From Thermomicrobiales bacterium (GTDB taxonomy: Bacteria; Chloroflexota; Chloroflexia; Thermomicrobiales; CADCWN01): 38,678 nt of DNA. The stretch covers positions 1 to 38,678 of the forward strand of contig DASUBC010000137.1 in assembly GCA_035763465.1 (NCBI GenBank). Reading direction: 5' to 3'. Positions 17,980-25,679 of this stretch are shown here, in pieces. Made by a program: the position numbers and the translations under genes. The notes below the pieces were generated by a model. The model had not been told where the DNA came from. It ran no database searches and saw nothing but the letters and a program-made list of their open reading frames with translations. Every line of letters starts with the position of its first letter. The stretch's first letter is position 1.

Positions 17980-18120
17980 TCACAGAATGCCCGTCACGTA
18001 ATCCAGCGCGACGAGCCCCACCACGGCGACGAGAATCAGCCACTTCACTGCGGTGTCAAACCGCCGCACCGCCAGGCCGAGACAGCAGAAGATGACCACG
18101 AGTCCGGCCACGATGAGCAC
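17980..18120 (-). CDS. candidate 46-aa two-TM small membrane protein (below the ORF-track cutoff)
   Basis: GTG 18120 lies 7 nt after AGGAG. Translation: VLIVAGLVVIFCCLGLAVRRFDTAVKWLILVAVVGLVALDYVTGIL*. Third codon positions are GC-rich. It fills the 258-nt gap between the kinase-like gene and the Wzy-like gene. Confidence 0.35.
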   Translation of the reverse strand: MLIVAGLVVIFCCLGLAVRRFDTAVKWLILVAVVGLVALDYVTGIL

Positions 18121-18185
18121 GATCGTCTCCTCACCGGCGTAGCGTCCGGCCGGGCAGGTCGCCCTGGCGCCGGGCCTACGGCCGC

Positions 18186-18872
18186 TTATAGGCGCTGTTC
18201 CAGCCAGGCCGGGAGGTCCCGCCGGCTATCGTTGAGCACTGTGCCCAGGACGCGTGTTCCCGCCAGCTCGTCCAGCGCCTGGCGCACCAGTTTGGTCGGG
18301 GTGACACCCGCACGGACAACGAGCAGGAGCTGGTCGGTCAGGCCGGCGAGCACGCGCGTATCAGTGCTGGTGAGCACTGCCGGCAGATCGAGAATGCTCA
18401 GGGCAAACCTCCGCCGGATTTCGGCGAGGACCGGGCCGAGCGTGGCGCCACGAATCAGCAGGGGGAACGTGCTGGCTGGCTCGCCTAGCGGCAAGACCAG
18501 CAGATGGTTATAGCCGCTCGGCCGAATGGCGAAGTCAAGCGGGCAGTCGCCGCGCAGCACCTGGATCAGTCCAGGTCCCGGAGCGACGGCCAGTTCGGGC
18601 GTCACCGCCCGCTGGCCCTGGTTGCAGTCAACCAGCAGGACATCCCCCGGCCGCTGTTCCCCGCCGTGCAGTGTGCCTTCTCGGGCGAGGGTCGTCGCCA
18701 GGCCGGTTGCAATCGTTGTCTTGCCCTCACCTGTGATCGCGCTCGTCACCCCGAGCACGACATGCTCCTCACCCGGCCAGCTCAGAAGCACCCGCGTGTA
18801 GAGGTCACGGAAGACGTACTGGATATCGAGATTCCCTGGTGGGGCTGGCTTGCGCCGCGGTAAGGCGATCAC
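18186..18872 (-). CDS. CpsD/CapB-type (BY-kinase-like) P-loop ATPase
   Basis: GTG 18872 lies 7-8 nt after AGGAG; the track start at 19037 overlaps the upstream gene. Walker A is GVTSAITGEGKTT, the A'-like strand is VLLVDCNQG and Walker B is ILDLPAV. The protein ends ...DLPAWLEQRL with no tyrosine cluster. Confidence 0.8.
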   Translation of the reverse strand: MIALPRRKPAPPGNLDIQYVFRDLYTRVLLSWPGEEHVVLGVTSAITGEGKTTIATGLATTLAREGTLHGGEQRPGDVLLVDCNQGQRAVTPELAVAPGPGLIQVLRGDCPLDFAIRPSGYNHLLVLPLGEPASTFPLLIRGATLGPVLAEIRRRFALSILDLPAVLTSTDTRVLAGLTDQLLLVVRAGVTPTKLVRQALDELAGTRVLGTVLNDSRRDLPAWLEQRL

Positions 18873-18921
18873 ACACGTTCTCCTCTCGCGTCGGTGCCAT
18901 GACGTGGCGCCGGCATCCTCG

Positions 18922-19968
18922 TCAATCAGACCCAGTGGCCGGCTCGACCACCGGCAGACTTGCGCCGCGCTGCGTGGCCGGCTGGGCGCGACCGCGTTGC
19001 CACTTCCGGCGAGCAGGGCGCAGGTGTGGCACAACATCGAGCACGGGCACGTCGCTCAGCTGGCGGAGGTCATCCGGAGTACGCAGGGTCGTGTCCTGCC
19101 AGGTGGCGAGGGCAATCGCCGCGACGACCAGCGCGAGACTGGCCGCGATGCCGAAGCCGAGATACTTCACGATCTTGCCGAGCGTCGCCGAGGGATGGGC
19201 CGGCAGGGCCGGTGCATCGAGCACCTGGAACTGCGCCTGGCGGCTGCTATCGTCGAGCGATTGGGCGGCATTCGCCTGCTCGATCTTCGCCTGCGTCTCC
19301 GCATAGAGCGCCCGCGCCGAGTCGAGCGCGCGCTGGAGGCTCTGGAGTTGCAGGTACTGCGGCGAGGCGGGGTCGGGATACGGATGCTGCTGCTGAAACT
19401 CATCTACCTGCTTCGCCGCGTCGTTGACCTGGTTCTGGTAGATCTGTAGTTGCTTCTCGTAGAACTGCCGCTCGATGGTGTTCTGCTCGACGGTCGCCGT
19501 AAGATTCCAGGCGAGGAACGCATCGATCGTGCTTTTGACGGTCTGCTGGCAGAGGGCCGGATCGCCATCGCGGTAGCTGATCCGCACCGTGTTCGAGCCG
19601 AGCGCGGTCACGCCCAGGCGGCTCCGCACGTCGGCGATGGCGCGCCGATCTTCATCTGGATTGCCGGTGAGGCGGCCGGCTGCCGCAGTGTCCTTCATGA
19701 TCCCGGCGACGAACGAGTCAGTCTGGATCAGCTGCCCGAGCTTGTCGGCTTGCTGCTGCGCTGGTGGCGCGACGTAGCCGGGCGGCGCATTGGGTGTCAG
19801 CACGTTGTCGAGTACCGGCTTCTCCACCCAGATGCGCGCGGCCGCTTCGTACTGCGAGTGGGCCAGGTAGTAGGCGCCGACACCGGCCGCGCCGAGCAGC
19901 AGCGCCAGAATCGGGAGATACAGCCATTTGCCCCGGTAGAAGGTGGCGAGATAGCGTCTGATACTCAC
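18922..19968 (-). CDS. polysaccharide co-polymerase / chain-length determinant (Wzz/GumC-type)
   Basis: N-terminal transmembrane helix (WLYLPILALLLGAAGVGAYYL), a long coiled-coil-like periplasmic region, and a C-terminal transmembrane helix (LGFGIAASLALVVAAIALATW). GTG 19968 overlaps the upstream TGA (GTGA). Confidence 0.85.
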   Translation of the reverse strand: MSIRRYLATFYRGKWLYLPILALLLGAAGVGAYYLAHSQYEAAARIWVEKPVLDNVLTPNAPPGYVAPPAQQQADKLGQLIQTDSFVAGIMKDTAAAGRLTGNPDEDRRAIADVRSRLGVTALGSNTVRISYRDGDPALCQQTVKSTIDAFLAWNLTATVEQNTIERQFYEKQLQIYQNQVNDAAKQVDEFQQQHPYPDPASPQYLQLQSLQRALDSARALYAETQAKIEQANAAQSLDDSSRQAQFQVLDAPALPAHPSATLGKIVKYLGFGIAASLALVVAAIALATWQDTTLRTPDDLRQLSDVPVLDVVPHLRPARRKWQRGRAQPATQRGASLPVVEPATGSD

Positions 19969-21299
19969 TTCGTGCCTGTCTCCTCGCTCATCGTCTGCAT
20001 GACGGGTCGCTCGGTCGCGAAAAGGGGCGCTACACTATCGGTCAGGGTCGGACCGGAACTCATTCCTCGACCAAGCAGTACATCAGTACCGCGGTGTTCA
20101 CCGGCCACGGACACGCTGTCCGGCGCCGCCACGGCATCGCCGAGCACCGCGTGGCAATAGCAGTGCTGCTGGTGTTCCCAGCAATACTCCCGGTAGCGGC
20201 GGCTCGCGCTTGCCACCATCCACTGCGCCCGCTCGGGGTGGTGGTAGAGGGTGAGGATGCGCCGGGCCAAGTCGGCCGGGTCATCGGCAACGAAGAACCC
20301 GAAGCAGGCATCGTCGAAGTAATCCCGCACCGCGCGCGTTTCACCGATGATGACTGGCCGCCGCATTGCGACATACTCAAACATCTTCTGAGTATGGGCG
20401 AGTTCCCAGAAGGGGTCGCGCCGCGTGGCTACCAGGCCCACATGCGCCCGCGTGATGCCCGCCAGTAACTCCTCATGGGGCACGAAGCCTTTGAGCTGGA
20501 CCCGGTCTGCGACCCCGAGTTCGTGGATGAGGGCGGTCAGATCGGGCAAGTATTGTCCTCGTCCGTAGATCTGGAGCGTGAGGCCGGGAATCTCCTCCCG
20601 GAGGAGCGCGACCGCCCGAACCATGGTGTCGTGACCGTAGCGCTGCTCAATGAGACCGTGGGTAATCAGCCGGAACGGGGCGCCGGGGCGCCAGGGAGCC
20701 GGACCGGTATCACGCGGCCTGAAGAGTGCCGTATTGGCCGAATTCAGCACAATGGTGATTTTCTCCGCCCGTGCGCCTCGTGCCACATAGGTATCTCGCT
20801 GCTGCGGTGTGCAAACAATCGCCTGATCCGCGAATCTGATGCTCGCCTGCTCTGCCAGGCCGAGCAGCCGGACCATTGGGTGACTGGCCGCCACCTGATA
20901 CTTGGTCAGGAAGAGCTCGGGCATACTTTCGTGCATGTCGAGGACAATGCGTGCGCCGAGCAGTTTGGGCAGCGCCGCGACGAAGACCAGAAGATCGGGC
21001 ATAGTGTTGACCTGTACTACGGCATAACGACGCCGCAGGTGCCGCCAGGTCAACGTCAGGCAGGCCAGGACGAAAAAGGCGCCATACTCAAAGCAGTAGC
21101 GCGCGACTGAGCCGCGCCGGTGCTCGACCGGCAACCGGCGTACCCGCACGCCATTGACCTCGTCGTGCGGCGCCTCGCCGGCCTTGCGGAGGGCGAGCAC
21201 CTCGACGTCATGTCCCGCTGCGGCCAGCGCCTCGGCCTCGCGCCGGCCGCGTGGATCCTCGGGATAGTAATAATGCCTCACGATACAGATACGACTCAT
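19965..21299 (-). CDS. GT4 (GT-B fold) glycosyltransferase
   Basis: MSRICIVRHYYYPEDPRGRREAEALAAAGHDVEV N-terminus and a two-Rossmann layout. About 60 aa of low-complexity C-terminal tail. Confidence 0.85.
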   Translation of the reverse strand: MSRICIVRHYYYPEDPRGRREAEALAAAGHDVEVLALRKAGEAPHDEVNGVRVRRLPVEHRRGSVARYCFEYGAFFVLACLTLTWRHLRRRYAVVQVNTMPDLLVFVAALPKLLGARIVLDMHESMPELFLTKYQVAASHPMVRLLGLAEQASIRFADQAIVCTPQQRDTYVARGARAEKITIVLNSANTALFRPRDTGPAPWRPGAPFRLITHGLIEQRYGHDTMVRAVALLREEIPGLTLQIYGRGQYLPDLTALIHELGVADRVQLKGFVPHEELLAGITRAHVGLVATRRDPFWELAHTQKMFEYVAMRRPVIIGETRAVRDYFDDACFGFFVADDPADLARRILTLYHHPERAQWMVASASRRYREYCWEHQQHCYCHAVLGDAVAAPDSVSVAGEHRGTDVLLGRGMSSGPTLTDSVAPLFATERPVMQTMSEETGTK

Positions 21300-21381
21300 C
21301 AGCCCCCCAGTGTCGTCAACAATGTCTGACCAGCGGCGGCGAACCCTGGCCTGAATCCGCCACCACGGCCACGATTCACAA

Positions 21382-22875
21382 CTAGTACGCGCCCCGCCCG
21401 GTCAGGACGGCCGGAATGGTGCGCAGGATGATGGTGATGTCGAGCCAGAGCGACCAGTGCTCGGCGTAATAGAGGTCGAGATGAGTCTGCTCCGTGAAGG
21501 TCAGATGGCTGCGTCCGTTGACCTGCCAGAGACAGGTGATCCCCGGCGTCATGTCCAGCCGGCGGCGCTGCCAGGGCTCGTACTGGGCGACTTCGTCCGG
21601 CAGGTGGGGGCGCGGTCCGACGACGCTCATCTCACCGCGCAGGACATTCAGGAAGTTGGGGAATTCATCGAGGCTCGTCCGGCGCAACCAGCGTCCCACG
21701 CGCGTGCAGCGTGGGTCGTCCTTCCGCTTGAACATAATGCGGTCGCCGGTGTACTGGGGGTCCAGCGCGAGTTGCTCGCGCTCCTGGTCGGCGCCGACGC
21801 GCATCGTACGGAACTTGTAGCAGGTAAAGGGCATGCCATTGCGTCCGACACGGCGATGCCGGTAAAGGATCGGGCCGGGGGAATCGAGCCGGATGAACAG
21901 GGCGATGACGGTAAGCGGCAGAGCGCCAAGGAGCAGCATGGTGGCGGCGAAAGCAATGTCAAAGCCACGCTTGAGAACACGATTTCCGCCGTGGAGACTG
22001 CGGTCCGCCACACTCAGGAGCGGTAGCCCGTCCAGTTGATGGACCTGAAAGCGGTCGAGGCCGAGTTCGCAAAGGTCCGGCAGTAGCATGAAGGGCACGC
22101 GGGCGGCGCGACAATGCTCGATTACCTCGTGCAGTTGCTCGTGTGCAGTCGGGTGGAGCGCGACGATCACTTCATCAATGGCATGCTCTTCGAGCAGTGC
22201 GGGTAGACGATCGAGCTCACCCAGTGCACGAGGCCGCACGACTGCATGCTGGGTGGCAATGGCCCAGCTGGCGCCCCGAGTGAGATCGTCAACGAAGCCG
22301 ATCACATCGTATCCGAGTTCGGGCTGGCCGATCAGCGCACTCATGACCCGCTCTCCTGCCGGGCCGGCGCCGACGACCAGCACCCGGTCAACCCAGCGGC
22401 GACGGGCGCGCATCCAGGCCCGGAAGTTGTGCCAGGCGAGACGCGTGCTGGTGAGCAGCAGCATGGAGAAGATCAGCGCATAGAGGAGAACCAGTCGCGA
22501 GAAGAAGAAATGGCGTCCATAGAAAACGATGACGCTCAGGGAGCTGAAACTGATAATCACGCTCCCAATGACGAGCCGCGCCTCATCAAGGAAGCCGGTC
22601 CAGCGGGGCAGGCGATAGATGCCACGCCAGGCGAAGATCGTGAGCAGAATGCTCGCGAGCAAGACCACAATCGGCAGGAAACTGCTGAAAGGTCGCAAGT
22701 CATCGCTGCCAACCGGGCCGCCGATCCGCTCCTGGTAGCGCAGGAAGTGGGCGAGCCAGAAACTGATCGCAATCGCCGCGAGATCGGCGCCGACGCGCAC
22801 AGGCAGGGGCAGCCGTTGCCCACCACGCGACCGGACAGATTCGACTTGCGCTTGTTGCACGACTTGTACTGCCAT
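21382..22875 (-). CDS. large polyprenyl-phosphate glycosylphosphotransferase (WbaP/EpsB-type priming enzyme)
   Basis: N-terminal transmembrane block, a Rossmann-like VLVVGAGPAGERV domain, and a C-terminal bacterial sugar-transferase domain (DSPGPILYRHRRVGRNGMPFTCYKFRTM..DEFPNFLNVLRGEMSVVGPRPH). GGGAGA lies upstream of ATG 22875. Confidence 0.9.
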   Translation of the reverse strand: MAVQVVQQAQVESVRSRGGQRLPLPVRVGADLAAIAISFWLAHFLRYQERIGGPVGSDDLRPFSSFLPIVVLLASILLTIFAWRGIYRLPRWTGFLDEARLVIGSVIISFSSLSVIVFYGRHFFFSRLVLLYALIFSMLLLTSTRLAWHNFRAWMRARRRWVDRVLVVGAGPAGERVMSALIGQPELGYDVIGFVDDLTRGASWAIATQHAVVRPRALGELDRLPALLEEHAIDEVIVALHPTAHEQLHEVIEHCRAARVPFMLLPDLCELGLDRFQVHQLDGLPLLSVADRSLHGGNRVLKRGFDIAFAATMLLLGALPLTVIALFIRLDSPGPILYRHRRVGRNGMPFTCYKFRTMRVGADQEREQLALDPQYTGDRIMFKRKDDPRCTRVGRWLRRTSLDEFPNFLNVLRGEMSVVGPRPHLPDEVAQYEPWQRRRLDMTPGITCLWQVNGRSHLTFTEQTHLDLYYAEHWSLWLDITIILRTIPAVLTGRGAY

Positions 22876-22917
22876 ACCAGTCTCCCGCTTGTGCCTGTAT
22901 CGCTTGTGTCTATGGTC

Positions 22918-23550
22918 TTATGGCGCCCGGTGAGATGGGCTTTTGGTGTGCCCCGCACGCTTTTTCCTGCGCTGGCCCAGCCGGGTGGCGCCGGCAAGGT
23001 GATGTTCGAGCGCGATCAACAGCATCGGTACAATGCCGAGGACGAGAATGAGCACGGCAAGCACGACGTCTATAACTCGATCAACCTGATAGCGCGGCGC
23101 CTGCATCCAGGGCTCCAGCCAGATCCGCGCCAGTGGGCGGGCGGTCAGGAGAACCAGATCCAGCACAAAGGCATACACAAAGATCAGCCGCGAGAACGAG
23201 AACTCCTGCGAGTAGTAGACAAAGACAATCAACAGCGCGAAGGCGCTCAGGAGGCTGCTGGCGATCAAGCGGACTTCGTCACGCGGACGAGACCAGCCGG
23301 TGAGCCGGTAACCCCCCCGGACTGCAAAGAGACCGATAGCGAGCGCACTCAGCAGAAGCGCCACCGGTAGGAAGTCGCGAAAGTGGCGGAAATCCTCCTG
23401 ATCCACTGAACCACCCAGGCCAGCCTGGTAGCGCATGATGTAGGCAAGCCAGAAGCCTATGCCAATCAGGAGCAGATCAGTGCCGGTGCGCGCCGCCGCC
23501 CCGAACAGTCCTGCGGCCTGGCGCGGTCTATGCAGAAGATGCGCGTCCAT
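22918..23550 (-). CDS. truncated paralog of the adjacent PGT: N-terminal TM block + first PGT helix only, no catalytic core
   Basis: Residues ~20-150 align by eye with residues ~28-160 of the 21382-22875 protein, e.g. FWLAYIMRYQAGLGGSV../FWLAHFLRYQERIGGPV.. and FSFSRLIFVYAFVLDLVLLT/FFFSRLVLLYALIFSMLLLT. DRVIDVVLAVLILVLGIVPMLLIAL resembles KRGFDIAFAATMLLLGALPLTVIAL. A strong GGAGGAGGGAGA abuts ATG 23550. Confidence 0.6.
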   Translation of the reverse strand: MDAHLLHRPRQAAGLFGAAARTGTDLLLIGIGFWLAYIMRYQAGLGGSVDQEDFRHFRDFLPVALLLSALAIGLFAVRGGYRLTGWSRPRDEVRLIASSLLSAFALLIVFVYYSQEFSFSRLIFVYAFVLDLVLLTARPLARIWLEPWMQAPRYQVDRVIDVVLAVLILVLGIVPMLLIALEHHLAGATRLGQRRKKRAGHTKSPSHRAP

Positions 23551-23610
23551 TCTCCCTCCTCCGTGGTGGCCAGCGGTATCCAGCGGGTGGCACGCTCCTT
23601 CCGTGCCCGG

Positions 23611-24816
23611 TTACCGGGCTGTTCGCAACCAGGGCGTGCTGCCCCGGCGGAGGGCAGCCCCGAGGTATACCGGAAACTTCCAGACAATGAATACTGGGGC
23701 CCAGAGCAGCGATAGATAGAAGCGCGGCGAGCGTGCTGGCAGGAGTGTCAGCCCACGCAGGATATAGAGACCCTGGGCGAGCAGCGCGAGGCCGGCCGGC
23801 ACGATAACCGTGAGTGAACCGAGCAGTGCCCCTAGTGCGACAAGCCCAACGGCGCCCCCGCCCGCAATCGTGAAGGGTGGAATGAGCAGTTCTAGCGCCC
23901 CGTCAATAGGCGCCCACGACCGTTGCTGCAGCCCCTGGTGGAGGAGGTGTGGCGTGTAGCGGCGTAGCGCGTCCAGCCGCCCGCGTTCCCAGCGCTCGTT
24001 CTGGCTGCGCGCGGCCACCAGCGAGGCGGGCATCCAGGTTTGAACACGGGCGGTGGGGGCGAACGCGACGCGGTAGCCATCCGCCACTAGCCGGCTATGC
24101 AGTTCGTGATCCTCGGCCAGCGCGTCCGGTTCCCACCGATAATGGGCGGCGACCTCGCGCGCAAAGCACATCCCGTTGCCGCGCAGCCCAGCCGATAGGC
24201 CAAGCGTGCTACGGCCGAGGGGGCGGAGTGTCGCGACGCAGCAGTACGCAATGGCGCGCAAACCGCTGACCCAGGACTCGTCTGGGTTGGCGATATCAAC
24301 CCGAGCCTGGATGACCGCTTCCCCTCCTTGCACTGCTGCTGCCAGGACGGTCAACAGATCCGGGGCGACCGTGGAATCAGCGTCGAGAACCACAATGGCG
24401 TCGTAGGGGACCGCGTCGTTGCCGGCAGCATCAAGCTGGTCAAGGAGTGAGTTGAGTGAACGCGCCTTGCCCGGCGCGGCCGGATCGCTCCGTTCGTGGA
24501 CCCGTGCACCGAAGTCCCGCGCGATGGCGGCGGTCTCATCGCGGCAATGGTCTGCAACGACATGAGTCGCAAACAGCGCTGGCGGGTAGTCCAGCGCGGC
24601 AATACTCCTCAATAGCTGGCCAATCACGCGCTCCTCGTCGTGAGCGGGGATCAGGAGCGCGAATCGCGTCGCAGGGGCGGTCTTTGCACGCTGGTGGCGC
24701 GGCGCGAAGAGGCTGGCAGCAGCCAGCACCAGTGGATACAGTCCCAGCGCGACCAGCGCGATGCCCCCCGCCGCTAGTGGGGCGATAACCGCCGTCCGGC
24801 GAGCCTTTACGACCAT
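23611..24816 (-). CDS. membrane GT2 glycosyltransferase with a synthase-like signature (first gene of the operon)
   Basis: ATG 24816 follows AGAGGAA; an alternative start lies at 24888. Motifs: LLIPAHDEE, VVLDADS, LRGNGMCFAR, LAEDHELH, SQNERWERGR (QxxRW-like). One N-terminal and several C-terminal transmembrane helices. Confidence 0.85.
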   Translation of the reverse strand: MVVKARRTAVIAPLAAGGIALVALGLYPLVLAAASLFAPRHQRAKTAPATRFALLIPAHDEERVIGQLLRSIAALDYPPALFATHVVADHCRDETAAIARDFGARVHERSDPAAPGKARSLNSLLDQLDAAGNDAVPYDAIVVLDADSTVAPDLLTVLAAAVQGGEAVIQARVDIANPDESWVSGLRAIAYCCVATLRPLGRSTLGLSAGLRGNGMCFAREVAAHYRWEPDALAEDHELHSRLVADGYRVAFAPTARVQTWMPASLVAARSQNERWERGRLDALRRYTPHLLHQGLQQRSWAPIDGALELLIPPFTIAGGGAVGLVALGALLGSLTVIVPAGLALLAQGLYILRGLTLLPARSPRFYLSLLWAPVFIVWKFPVYLGAALRRGSTPWLRTAR

Positions 24817-25090
24817 GCCGCCATTCCTCTGCTTCAGAAGGCAGCCCTGCGGCGCAATGCGGTAGCTAGGCGAGGACAGCATCCTCACCGGCAGGGCACG
24901 GGTATTTCGTTATTGCGCGTTAGCCACTATTCGCGGGCCGACGGTGCCTTCCCGCTTGGTGGAGCAGCAGCCACAGTACGGTACAGAATGTCCCCGCTAG
25001 CGCAACGAATGACGGACACCGCATCCCAATGCCGCTAGCGCCGCCCATCCTTTACGCCACCGACCCTGTTGCCCTGTGCCTCATCAGCAC

Positions 25091-25130
25091 GGACAACAAA
25101 AACCGGCAGACGTCAATGCGTCGGCCGGTT
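25091..25130 (-). terminator. canonical intrinsic terminator on the minus strand
   Basis: The minus strand reads AACCGGCCGACG-cattg-CGTCTGCCGGTT (11 of 12 bp) followed by TTTTTGTTGT. It lies just upstream of the EPS operon promoter region. Confidence 0.55.
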
Positions 25131-25679
25131 GCACCACTGGCTCAGCGCGGACATAGGTGCCCAAATACTGCCCGCGCGTCGTCGCCGCCGTCGTCACGAG
25201 TTGTCCGAGTGGTCGAACCCTTGGCCGCTCCCTGCCGGCCCGTTAGCTGTTCGCGACGGCGGACTTGATCGCCGCGCTTCCTAATTGCAAGTTCCATGCC
25301 ATTGCCGCTCCCCGTGCGGGAAACCGGCAGTTGGTCAGGCGCTCACGTGGATAGAGACGCTCGCTGCTCGATATTGTCACTGGCGAGTAGCAAGTGAGTG
25401 GGGGAGCCTGCATCGCCTCGAGGCGGAGTGGGCGGCCGCAACGGCTGAATGAGCGTCGCTGCCCGCACCACGAGCGCGCTGCTCGCACATGGTATTCCAT
25501 GTCGGGTACTGTCAGGTACGGCTTTCTGGCACGAACAACGGCGAGGGGTTGCCATATTGCAGCGAACCCCCCATTGTTCCTCGCTACAAGGTGTGTGAAC
25601 AGGCTACCTCCTCGACTGCGCCGCTTCGTCGTATACTCACGGGAGACCCGAGGCTGGCATACAAGGGCGAGGCACGGCG

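Noticed and set aside
25131-25679. Possible tmRNA, RNase P RNA, SRP RNA or tRNA-like element
   Set aside because: I checked both strands by eye for these hallmarks:
- tmRNA: GGGG..GGUUUCGAC 5' end and a T-arm plus CCA 3' end.
- RNase P: GAGGAAAGUCC and ACAGAA.CGGCUUA.
- SRP: GUCAGGUCCGGAAGGAAGCAGC.
None is present. The GCCGCUUCGUCGU match to E. coli M1 RNA (25620-25632) is isolated. GGTTCGACC at ~25213 lacks a T-stem.
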